This document shows positions 22,173 to 31,053 of a stretch of DNA of 32,000 nt, piece by piece; within the stretch, counting starts at the first letter, position 1; the number at the start of each line of letters is the position of its first letter. Both the position numbers and the translations under genes were made by a program. The notes under the pieces were generated by a model. The model did not search any database. It was given only the letters and a program-made list of their open reading frames with translations, and was not told the DNA's origin. Origin of the DNA: Promethearchaeia archaeon (GTDB lineage: Archaea > Asgardarchaeota > Lokiarchaeia > Sigyniarchaeales > SOKP01); assembly GCA_046497275.1 (NCBI GenBank), contig JAWOFX010000035.1, positions 5,751 to 37,750 on the forward strand, written 5' to 3'.

Positions 22173-22853
22173 ATGAAGGTAGGAATAATTAAAAAATTCT
22201 TTAGAGGTCAGGCTTCTAAAACGCAGCATGGAATTATCATTGGTCTGGTTTTATCCATTGTTGCAGTATTATGGTTAAGTGCGCAAATATTATTCGAAGG
22301 AGAATACTCTATTCTTAATAATCATATAAGCAATCAAGGAAGACCGGATTTAAATCCTAAGGGATTTTTATTTTTCACAGTAGGTTGTATGATTTCTGGT
22401 ATATTTTTAATTTTCCATTTTATATATCTTTATAATAACTATTCTCCAACTTTAAAACCAATTCTCATATTATCGACAGCATTCGGTGTAATAGCGAGTA
22501 TTTCATTTATTGTTGTAGGGTTTATACCAGGAACTATTAGCTGGTCAGTCCATAATTTTTTCGCTGATTTAGCATTTAGTTCCTTCTATTTAAGCAGTTT
22601 TCTTTTTCTAATAATAATGCTTAGAAAAATTCAAAAAAAGCAAGCTTGGCCTTCTATAAAAAAGGTGGGAATTGTATATGGAATTTTCTTTATTATTCTA
22701 ATATTAACAATTGTAATTCCTCAATTAGATTTTCTGGCTGATGAGTGGAATTTAGATGAAAGACTTTTTCAACCTCCACTATGGCAATGGACTTCTTTAT
22801 TTAATATAGTAATTTGGTTATTGAATATTTATCTTATAATACCCTCCGAATAA
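22173..22853 (+). CDS. DUF998-like membrane protein
   Basis: About 6 hydrophobic helices; YSILNNHISNQG loop, VGFIP..VH motif and a C-terminal WQW, resembling DUF998/Frag1-like proteins. Confidence 0.55.
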   Translation: MKVGIIKKFFRGQASKTQHGIIIGLVLSIVAVLWLSAQILFEGEYSILNNHISNQGRPDLNPKGFLFFTVGCMISGIFLIFHFIYLYNNYSPTLKPILILSTAFGVIASISFIVVGFIPGTISWSVHNFFADLAFSSFYLSSFLFLIIMLRKIQKKQAWPSIKKVGIVYGIFFIILILTIVIPQLDFLADEWNLDERLFQPPLWQWTSLFNIVIWLLNIYLIIPSE

Positions 22854-23018
22854 ATTTAATCAGAATTTTTCTCACTCCGTAGAATTAAAAAGAAAAGCGA
22901 TACTAAATAAAAGCAAGATTTAGTTTATAATATTATAGCATAATTTATTTAAGCTTCTTGAGAGATTAAATCAAAAATATTTAACCATTAGTATTAAATA
23001 TAATTAAGTGATAAAATT

Positions 23019-23837
23019 ATGAGCAAAGGATTTAGATTATTACGGTTGGAATATTTATTTACTGTGTTAATTCCACTACTCATCGCTATTTACTTAAATA
23101 ATTACTCGATTATAGATAATATTGCAATTATAGGAGCTTTTGCTTTTTGGGCAATAACAGGGAATACATTAAATGATTTGAAAGATATGGAAAACCCAGA
23201 TGATAAAGAAACGAGGGAAAGAATTATGGGTTATTCAAAAAAAGAAATTGCTGTTTTGGCGATATCTTCTTTCATTTTGGGGATTGCATTATTTTATAAT
23301 CCGATTTTAGATAATCCTATAATCTCATTATATGTCTTTTTAACAGCTATTATGGTTATATTATACTGTATTGCTTTGAAAAAAATATTAGGTATAAATT
23401 GGATCTTATTGGGGATTTCTCATATTTGGTTTCCATACTTTATAATAAAATTAAACGCAAATATAACAGAATTTTTTCCTACTTTAGAAATATATGAGTG
23501 GTTCTTTTTAGTATCTGCGTCTCTTGTTGCTTTATCAGGTAATCTTATTCATGAAGTCATCGATAATGATGCCATTACGCGTTTAAAACCAAGATATCAA
23601 CAATTTATCATTTGGTTTGTATCTATATGTGCTATTGGGTTCAGTATTATATCAATTCTCCTTTTTACTGAAGAACTCTTTCTTCTCACCCCTGTGTTAA
23701 TAATTCCCTTGGGAGTTTTGTATATGGCTCGATCAAAACATAATCTACCCCATAATGCAACTTCTATCAAGGATATAGGGATTATAATTGGAAATCTATT
23801 ATTAGCATTTATAACAATTCTTCTTATAACTTTTTAA
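23019..23837 (+). CDS. UbiA-superfamily prenyltransferase-like membrane protein (divergent)
   Basis: RLLRL at the N-terminus, first Asp-rich motif GNTLNDLKD, second motif HEVIDND, about 8 TM helices. Confidence 0.7.
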   Translation: MSKGFRLLRLEYLFTVLIPLLIAIYLNNYSIIDNIAIIGAFAFWAITGNTLNDLKDMENPDDKETRERIMGYSKKEIAVLAISSFILGIALFYNPILDNPIISLYVFLTAIMVILYCIALKKILGINWILLGISHIWFPYFIIKLNANITEFFPTLEIYEWFFLVSASLVALSGNLIHEVIDNDAITRLKPRYQQFIIWFVSICAIGFSIISILLFTEELFLLTPVLIIPLGVLYMARSKHNLPHNATSIKDIGIIIGNLLLAFITILLITF

Positions 23838-23870
23838 AAATAAGATTTAGAAAAGGGCAATAATCTGAAT

Positions 23871-24677
23871 TTATACATATAACATTTTCATAATAATTAG
23901 TGCTATAAAATATATCATAAGAAAATTCCCTATAAGGATTCCCACATCTTTAACGCCTTGCGTTGATTTTGTAGGGCGTCTAAATGTAAATATTGTTCCC
24001 AAAGGAACAAATAAAAATGGCAAGAAATAATAATCCAGAATCAGAAAGAATGCCCACATTGCTAAAATTATTGTCAAGATGGAAAAAATCCAGATAACTA
24101 TTTGACATTGCTTTAAACTTAAATGCTTTCTAATAGCATCATGGTCAATTACTTCATGGACGAGTTGTCCTAAAACAGCAAATGTAAAAAATGCTGATAG
24201 AAATATCAATTCCCCAAATCCTATAGAAAATAAACCAGCATCGATTTTGATTATAAAGTAGGGTAAAATAACGTGAGATAAAGCTAAGAAAATTTGATTT
24301 ATAATCGGAATGGGTTTAATCCAAATGCAATATGTAATCACCATTACAATTATTATTCCAAGAAAAATTCCATTGATATAATTTTCTATACACGTTCTCA
24401 AAAGCAGAGTGATTCCAAAAACAAAACTCCCTAACCCAATAGTAAATATTTCGCGTGGATGGTATCCTTCTATTCTTTTTAGGGTTTCTATTTCTTCTGG
24501 ATTTTTCATATCAGTCACATCATTCCAAGTATTACCAGTAATCGCTAACAATCCAAATCCGAATATAATATCAATATGCTCAAGTGGATTTAAATCATTT
24601 AAGTAAATTGCGATGAGCAATGGAACTATTACACTGAATAAATAATCTAATCGCAATAAGTTAATTCTATTTGCCAT
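23871..24677 (-). CDS. UbiA-superfamily prenyltransferase-like membrane protein, convergent paralogue of 23019..23837
   Basis: LLRLDYLF, GNTWNDVTD, HEVIDHD, VKDVGILIGN; the same motifs as its neighbour. Confidence 0.7.
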   Translation of the reverse strand: MANRINLLRLDYLFSVIVPLLIAIYLNDLNPLEHIDIIFGFGLLAITGNTWNDVTDMKNPEEIETLKRIEGYHPREIFTIGLGSFVFGITLLLRTCIENYINGIFLGIIIVMVITYCIWIKPIPIINQIFLALSHVILPYFIIKIDAGLFSIGFGELIFLSAFFTFAVLGQLVHEVIDHDAIRKHLSLKQCQIVIWIFSILTIILAMWAFFLILDYYFLPFLFVPLGTIFTFRRPTKSTQGVKDVGILIGNFLMIYFIALIIMKMLYV

Positions 24678-24895
24678 TTTCTCGATTTCTTTAAATTATC
24701 TTATGAAATTATATTAAATCATAACTATAAATTTTATTACTCTAAACATAGAATTAAACAGAGATATAAAAGTTATTATAAGCTTTTTTAAAATTTAATA
24801 AAAATAATATAAATAAAATTAATATTATCCGAATTGATTACCTGATTTAAGATAATGATGAGAACTAATTTAGGAGAAAAATACAGAAATAAAAT

Positions 24896-24904
24896 AAAAA
24901 AAAA
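24896..24904 (-). terminator. Oligo-T tract downstream of the large beta-helix gene
   Basis: A9 on the + strand (T9 on the - strand) 11 nt after the stop codon at 24916. Confidence 0.45.
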
Positions 24905-24915
24905 TGAATAGTTAA

Positions 24916-27900
24916 TTAGGTTGATCTTCTTTTTTTTGTTATTTGAATCATGAGATAGACTCCTAAAATGCCTGTTATTATCAATAGTAAGAAAATATCA
25001 AATCCAGGTATTCCTGATGATGGTGAAACCGGTTCTGACTCTACTGTGACCTCAATTGTAGCTGAACAGAAATTATCATGAGGATCATATGCTCTAATCT
25101 CAATCGAGTAAGTTCCTGAAGAAAGTGTTCCCACGTTTGTGATGACTCCATTAACATCAATCTGAAAATTTGTCGTATCATTGATCCAATAGTGGTCGAT
25201 GCCTGCAAGATCGGACGCGTTTACCTCATAGTTAAAGGGAATACCAAACTCTATTATTTGATTAGAGGGACTTTCCAACCAATTAGGGATGGTCGTATCT
25301 TCCACCGTGATGTTAATAATACTACTTGTGATCAGCCCTATCGTATCATTAACGTGAATCTCAAGCCAATATACCTGCACTGTTAGTAATGAGCAATTTG
25401 TAATCAATCCGTTACTATTGATTTGAAAATTACTTGTATCATTGACCCAATATGCATCAATTCCAGAAGCGTCCCAGGCACTCACATCACAACTTAAAGA
25501 ATCTCCATATTCAAGATTTTGGTCTTCAAGGATATAAACCCAATCGGGCGGTGTTGTATCTTGAATCGTAATTTTAATCACGGTAGAATTTAAATTTCCA
25601 AGAGTATCATTCACGCTGATTTTTAGCCAATATACACCAACAGGAATCTCTATAAGATGTGTAATTAGTCCATTATCATCAATTTGAAAGTATGTGCTCT
25701 CGTTTATCCAGTATGAATCAATACCCGAAAGATCCAACGCGTTCACGTCGTACGCAAAGTTCGTACCAAATTCGTCTACTTGATCCATTGGGAGGGGATC
25801 CCAGCTTGGAGGCGAGGCTGGTTCGATGGTAATTTTAATGGTAGTTGAGAGGATATTACCGTATGTATCATTGACTGATACTTCAAGCCAGTATTCTCCC
25901 GCAAATAGAGTCGTGATATTAGTTATTATGCCAGCTAAATCAATCTGGAAATTACTTGTATCATTAATCCAATATGCATTAATTCCCGAGGTATCAGAAG
26001 CATTTATGTCATATAAAAATGTGATTCCAAATTCTAAAGTCTGGTTGGTTGGCATTTGATCCCAGGTTGGAGGATGATTCTCTCCAGGTCCATCATCCCA
26101 AATCGGATATCTATCTTGACTTCCCGCACTCCCAGTAATATTGTAGGGTATATCTCCGATTCCATCATCGTCGAGATCTACGCCTGAATACATTTCCCAG
26201 TAGTCACTCCAATAATTTCCTATTGTTCCATTATCCCATTGATTATTAAAGCCATTATCAAGAGCTTGAACAGTATTATCGATAAGATCGTTCATGAAAA
26301 TCGAAGTATCATTTGTTTGATATAAATAAATAGCAGTTGAAGAGTTAAAAACAGTATTTTCTGTTATTACATTATTTGGACCTGAATGTTCAAAGAAAAT
26401 TCCAACATTTACATTCGAAGAAATCACATTCTCCGATATTGTGTTATTTTTCGAGGAATAGAATCTAATTCCATATGAATTCGCGGAGCAGTTATTATTC
26501 AAAATTGTATTATTAGATGAGTAATAGCCTTGTATCCCAACCCAACCGTTTAAATAGCAATCATTATCGAAGATCATGGTATTGTTAGACGATACTAACA
26601 AAATTCCATTATGAACATTAAATGATAATTGATTCTTGGAAATCTTGTTATCAATTGAAGAATCTGAGTAAATTCCATCTGAATTCGAGAGAAGTATGTT
26701 TTTCAGAATTTTATTATTATTAGCTGCATTTCTTAAATAAATCCCACGATTATTGGAAGAGCAGTTATTACTCGTAATGTTATTAGCACTGGATTGATAT
26801 AAGTAAATCCCATTTTCTTGATTCATAGAGCAATAATTCAGCAAAACAGTATTATTGTTGCTTAAGGTATCTAATCCAATTCCGCCCCACTCGTTTAAGT
26901 TACAGTTATTTCCTGAAATCGTATTATTTTTACATGAATAATATATATTAATTCCATCATTTTTGTTAAAGGAGCAGTTGTTTTCTGAAATTATATTATT
27001 ATTGCTTGAATAATATAAGCGAATACCGTTATTTTCATTCAGAAAGCAGTGGTTCCTGTTAATTGTATTGTTTTTTGAAGTAACCAAGTAAATTCCACTA
27101 TAATTATTTAAGAAACAGTTATTTTCTGAAATAGTGTTATTTGAAGAATATAAGTAAATCCCATAAAGGTTCGAGGAGCAATTATTCTCTAAAACTAAGT
27201 TCTCATTTGAGGAATGTAATATAATTCCGTGCCACTCGTTTAAGTTACAGTTATTTCCCGAAAGGGTATTATTATCGCTAGAGGCATCTAGTCTAATTCC
27301 ATCGGCTAAATTCAAGGAGCAGTTATTTCCTAAAACCGTGATGTTATTTGATGAGGATACGTAAATTCCACGATAATTTGAGTATAATATATTCCAAGCA
27401 AGCGTGTTTTTGCTAGAAGAGATCAAATGAATTCCATAGTACCCATTTAATGAGCAAAGATTATCTGAAATCATGTCATTATTCGAGGAATCTATATTGA
27501 TACCATCATTTTCATTAGAAGAACAGTTGTTCCCTGAAACAGTATTATCATTGCTCGAAGATTCCAAATGAATCCCATAATCATCATTCGAATTGCAGTT
27601 ATTTCCTGATATCTGGTTATCATCAGAAGCTAATAAACGGATTCCAGAACGGCCGTTTGAATTGCAGTTGTTATCCAAAATTTCATTATGATCACAATTA
27701 CCACCATATAATTCAATCCCAAAAATTGAGTTATCGGAGCAATTATTACGCACTATTTTGTTGTAACTACTTGTTTGACATAAACGAATTCCGCTATATC
27801 CATTAGATGAGCAGTTATTATCGAATATATCGTTATCTTCACTCCACCGCAAGTCAATTCCAAACCAATTATTCAAGAAGCAGTCATTTTCCGAGATTTC

Positions 27901-30579
27901 AGTATCGTATGAATAAAGTAATTCAATCCCCCTATCATTTGAGAAAAGTTTGTTTCGTGATATTTTCCCATATTCAGTATGGCTTAGATGAATACCCCAT
28001 CCATTCGTAGCGTTGAAGAGAGTACAATTTTCAATTAAGAAATATTCTGAAGATCGCTTAATATCAATACAATAAGTTGATCCCATTCCGTCTATCGTTA
28101 AATTAGCGATTACATAAGGATCATTTTGAGTTCCACTGCCAGTACACCATGGCTGGTTTGCTGCCCAGGTCCAATTATGCGCTCCAACACCTGTGGCATC
28201 ACCATCGATGAATATCGGATTCAGTACATAAAAGAACCAGATCGGATAATTATCAATCCCGCCACCCGATCCACTTATTGAATACGGATCGTCACCAATT
28301 CCATCTAAATCAGTGTCAGAACCAGTGTAATCGTCCCAATAATTTCCAATAATGTCATTGTCCCAGTAATCATCAGAACCATCATCCCAAGCATTTTCAT
28401 CATTATCAATAAAATAGTTCCGGTAGAAAGTGTTATTATGTACATTGGTATCAACTATATTGACTCCATAGTGATATGATTGTCTAATCTCGTTGGAGCA
28501 GATCTCATTATAACGGCTATTGTCTATTAATCGAATCCCATCATAAGTAGTATTGTAAATAAAGTTATCATAGATTTCACAGAAAGCAGTAGTGTCTAAG
28601 CGGATCCCATGATTCCAAGAATGATGAATGGTATTTTGAGATATTATAGAATAATGACCATGTCGCAAGCTTATCCCTACTTGATTCCATTCAAAAGTAT
28701 TACTTAAGAGAGTTGTATGTTCCGTGGCATGGATTCGAATCCCTGCTGAAGAGCCTTGTACAATGTTATTTGTAAAGGTTCCATAATGACTTTGGAGCAG
28801 ATATACTCCAAAAACTCCCGTTGAGTTCGCTATCCAATTTTCCGTTATCATATTTTGAGGGCTATATCTCAAAGAAATCCCGGATCCATCGTTATTATGG
28901 ATAATATTTCCCTGAATTGTATTATTATAACAACTATCATAGAGAATTATACCAATATGACCGTTATCGGAACAATTATTCTCGAGGATGAGGGAATTAT
29001 TAACGTGATCGAAATGAATCGCCCCATGATAATTCAGAGGTGAGGCATTGTGTAAAGTAGAATTACGTATGACGAATGGTACGTTGGAATTTCGGATTTC
29101 TATGCAATTGTCAGTTCCTTGGCCATCAATGATCACATCCTTGATGACATAAGGATCATTCCACGTGCCGCTCCCATCACACCATGGCTGATATGAAGCC
29201 CAGGTCCAGTTATGCGCACCAACTCCCGTGGCATCGCCATCGATAAATATTGGCTTCAGGTTGTAAAAGAACCAAATGGGATAGTGATCAACTCCTCCCC
29301 CTGTTCCACTTACTGAATATGGATCGTCTCCAATGCCATCTAAATCTGTATCAGAACCAGTGTAATTGTCCCAGTAATTCCCTATAATACCATTATCCCA
29401 GACATTATTTATGCCATTATCACGGGCATGTATTTCATTATCTATAAAATAGTTCTGATAAAGTTTGTTATTATTGTTCGAAGATTCCAAATAAATTCCG
29501 AAATCATTGAAGTTTAAATCATTCTCGGAGATCTCGTTATTATTTGAGTAATAAAAGTATATTCCATAATCATTCAAACTTAAATTATTCTCCACGATAT
29601 TGCTATATTCAGTGGAATCCAAGAATATCCCAAAGTCATTCACTTCGCAAATGTTATCCGAGATCTCGTTATAAACTGAATTATGAATATAGATCCCATA
29701 ACGATTCATATAACAATGATTTTCCGAGATTTCACTATAATTCGAAGTGTAAAATAAAATTCCGACGACACCATTCGAGAAACAGGTATTTCTTAGAATA
29801 GTATTATTTGAAGTGTCCAAACGAATCCCATATTGACCATTCAAGCTACAAATATTGCCAGAAATCTCATTTTTATCGCTCATATCAGACAATTCAATGC
29901 CATAATAGAAGTTAGCGGAACAGTTATTACTCAAGATTTTGTTATATTTACTATAATAATCCACATAAATTCCACTATTCCCATTCGAGGAGCAATTATT
30001 TCTCAGAATATCGTTGCTCTCACTCAATACTAGTATCATTCCAAATACAGTATTCGAGAAGCAGTCATTCTCTATAATCTCGTTGTTCGATGATTCAATT
30101 AACCTAATTCCATTGTAATTCGAGAAAATTCTATTCTTGAATATTTTTCCATTTTGAGTATTGGTTAAATCAATGCCCCATGCATTCGTGGCATTGAAAA
30201 GGGTGCAATTTCTAATTACAAAAAATGCATTAGAATCTTTTATTTTAATACAAATATTTGTCCCCATTCCATCTATCGTTAAATTGGCAATTACATACGG
30301 ATCATTTTGAGTTCCACTGCCAGTACACCAAGGTTGACTCGCAGCCCATGACCAGTTATGAGCCCCGGGACCTGTCGCATCCCCATCAATGGCAATTGGT
30401 GTCATTGAATTATTAAAATATGCTCCATGTAACTCTCGGTGGTCTTGGTTTCCATCTTTTTCGCTTATATTATCAACTTTTATTAATGGAAACATGTTTA
30501 GAAACGTAGCACTTAAAAGCAGGGAGAATCCTAAGAGAAAAATAATCTTTCTTTTAATTTTTGTCTTAAAACTTTTCAT
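24916..30579 (-). CDS. Large secreted/cell-surface protein: signal peptide, three NosD/CASH-like right-handed beta-helix modules, four Ig-like repeats, Loki-CTERM-like anchor
   Basis: N-terminal basic + hydrophobic signal. Three modules start PIxIDGDATGxGAHNW and end GNYW..D.D.DGIGD.PY..YPIW, with many GI.L..S.NN.I..N.C..N coils. Four ~88-aa repeats follow, then the tail GIPGFDIFLLLIITGILGVYLMIQITKKRRST. Confidence 0.9.
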   Translation of the reverse strand: MKSFKTKIKRKIIFLLGFSLLLSATFLNMFPLIKVDNISEKDGNQDHRELHGAYFNNSMTPIAIDGDATGPGAHNWSWAASQPWCTGSGTQNDPYVIANLTIDGMGTNICIKIKDSNAFFVIRNCTLFNATNAWGIDLTNTQNGKIFKNRIFSNYNGIRLIESSNNEIIENDCFSNTVFGMILVLSESNDILRNNCSSNGNSGIYVDYYSKYNKILSNNCSANFYYGIELSDMSDKNEISGNICSLNGQYGIRLDTSNNTILRNTCFSNGVVGILFYTSNYSEISENHCYMNRYGIYIHNSVYNEISDNICEVNDFGIFLDSTEYSNIVENNLSLNDYGIYFYYSNNNEISENDLNFNDFGIYLESSNNNNKLYQNYFIDNEIHARDNGINNVWDNGIIGNYWDNYTGSDTDLDGIGDDPYSVSGTGGGVDHYPIWFFYNLKPIFIDGDATGVGAHNWTWASYQPWCDGSGTWNDPYVIKDVIIDGQGTDNCIEIRNSNVPFVIRNSTLHNASPLNYHGAIHFDHVNNSLILENNCSDNGHIGIILYDSCYNNTIQGNIIHNNDGSGISLRYSPQNMITENWIANSTGVFGVYLLQSHYGTFTNNIVQGSSAGIRIHATEHTTLLSNTFEWNQVGISLRHGHYSIISQNTIHHSWNHGIRLDTTAFCEIYDNFIYNTTYDGIRLIDNSRYNEICSNEIRQSYHYGVNIVDTNVHNNTFYRNYFIDNDENAWDDGSDDYWDNDIIGNYWDDYTGSDTDLDGIGDDPYSISGSGGGIDNYPIWFFYVLNPIFIDGDATGVGAHNWTWAANQPWCTGSGTQNDPYVIANLTIDGMGSTYCIDIKRSSEYFLIENCTLFNATNGWGIHLSHTEYGKISRNKLFSNDRGIELLYSYDTEISENDCFLNNWFGIDLRWSEDNDIFDNNCSSNGYSGIRLCQTSSYNKIVRNNCSDNSIFGIELYGGNCDHNEILDNNCNSNGRSGIRLLASDDNQISGNNCNSNDDYGIHLESSSNDNTVSGNNCSSNENDGINIDSSNNDMISDNLCSLNGYYGIHLISSSKNTLAWNILYSNYRGIYVSSSNNITVLGNNCSLNLADGIRLDASSDNNTLSGNNCNLNEWHGIILHSSNENLVLENNCSSNLYGIYLYSSNNTISENNCFLNNYSGIYLVTSKNNTINRNHCFLNENNGIRLYYSSNNNIISENNCSFNKNDGINIYYSCKNNTISGNNCNLNEWGGIGLDTLSNNNTVLLNYCSMNQENGIYLYQSSANNITSNNCSSNNRGIYLRNAANNNKILKNILLSNSDGIYSDSSIDNKISKNQLSFNVHNGILLVSSNNTMIFDNDCYLNGWVGIQGYYSSNNTILNNNCSANSYGIRFYSSKNNTISENVISSNVNVGIFFEHSGPNNVITENTVFNSSTAIYLYQTNDTSIFMNDLIDNTVQALDNGFNNQWDNGTIGNYWSDYWEMYSGVDLDDDGIGDIPYNITGSAGSQDRYPIWDDGPGENHPPTWDQMPTNQTLEFGITFLYDINASDTSGINAYWINDTSNFQIDLAGIITNITTLFAGEYWLEVSVNDTYGNILSTTIKITIEPASPPSWDPLPMDQVDEFGTNFAYDVNALDLSGIDSYWINESTYFQIDDNGLITHLIEIPVGVYWLKISVNDTLGNLNSTVIKITIQDTTPPDWVYILEDQNLEYGDSLSCDVSAWDASGIDAYWVNDTSNFQINSNGLITNCSLLTVQVYWLEIHVNDTIGLITSSIINITVEDTTIPNWLESPSNQIIEFGIPFNYEVNASDLAGIDHYWINDTTNFQIDVNGVITNVGTLSSGTYSIEIRAYDPHDNFCSATIEVTVESEPVSPSSGIPGFDIFLLLIITGILGVYLMIQITKKRRST
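25045..26075 (-). repeat. Four tandem ~88-aa Ig-like (cadherin-like) domain repeats within the large surface protein (boundaries approximate)
   Basis: Consensus PPxW..xQ.lE(F/Y)G..YDVNAxDxSGIdxYW(I/V)NDTxxFQIxxxGxIT..G.YWLxIxVNDTxG, seen four times in the translation. Confidence 0.8.
26095..30405 (-). repeat. Three homologous beta-helix modules (about 29270-30405, 28230-29260, 26095-28225)
   Basis: Repeated cap sequences. Modules 1 and 3 share the identical 30-nt stretch atcattttgagttccactgccagtacacca (near 30301 and 28120). Confidence 0.85.
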
Positions 30580-30659
30580 ATAATTTTATCAACTCATTTT
30601 TTTATTAGATTTCTAAATTTCTAAAAAAAACCATTGAATATTGACTATGATTCAGTTCT

Positions 30660-30688
30660 ATATATATGCGTCCTTATGAAAGTTTCAT
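30660..30688 (-). promoter_or_regulatory. Candidate TATA element (30660-30667) with adjacent palindrome ATGAAA-G-TTTCAT (30676-30688), upstream of the large surface-protein gene
   Basis: A TA-alternating tract ~80 nt upstream of the ATG at 30579, and a perfect 6-bp inverted repeat just upstream of it. Confidence 0.3.
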
Positions 30689-30965
30689 GGAAGCTTGGAA
30701 TAAAAATGGAAGTTTTTTTTAAATATACTATCACCTTTTTTCAATTCCTTGGAAAAGTTATATATATTTGCAGAATCGAATAGAATATCCAGTCTTCATT
30801 TTTTAATTATTTCAATCAGTTTTTATGTCCACCCTCTTTTTTGATTTATAAAAACACTTACAATAAAAAAATAAAGTTATATTGGTAATTCAAGATATAA
30901 CTTATAATAAGAGATTAATTTATTACTTTAAGAGTGAGTTTTTGACTTAATGACTGATTTACAAA

Positions 30966-31021
30966 ATTATGAGGGCTATATCTCAAAGAATATTCTGAGG
31001 GCTGTATCTCAAAGAAATTAT
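30966..31021. repeat. Intergenic imperfect 26-bp tandem repeat (TGAGGGCT[A/G]TATCTCAAAGAA) that matches coding sequence inside both flanking beta-helix genes
   Basis: Cores at 30970-30990 and 30996-31016. The first is identical to 28856-28876; the 16-nt core of the second (30996-31011) is identical to 31799-31814. Confidence 0.9.
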
Positions 31022-31033
31022 AAAAAAAAAAAA
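31022..31033 (-). terminator. T12 tract, likely terminator of the 31054..>32000 gene
   Basis: A12 on the + strand, 20 nt downstream of the stop codon at 31054. Confidence 0.55.
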
Positions 31034-31053
31034 TTGAAATTATAATATGAAAC

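Noticed and set aside
15998-22229. Short ORFs 15998..16210, 19709..19891, 21072..21323 and 22011..22229
   Set aside because: They are antisense or overlapping shadows; 22011..22229 spans an AT-rich divergent promoter region and overlaps both neighbours.
24840-24865. Possible C/D-box sRNA (ATGATGA near 24855)
   Set aside because: The only nearby CTGA lies upstream of the C-box-like motif, and I found no terminal stem or D box in the right order.
30966-31021. CRISPR mini-array interpretation of the intergenic repeat
   Set aside because: Only two units, no unique spacer between them, the repeat itself matches the genes, and there are no cas genes in the window.
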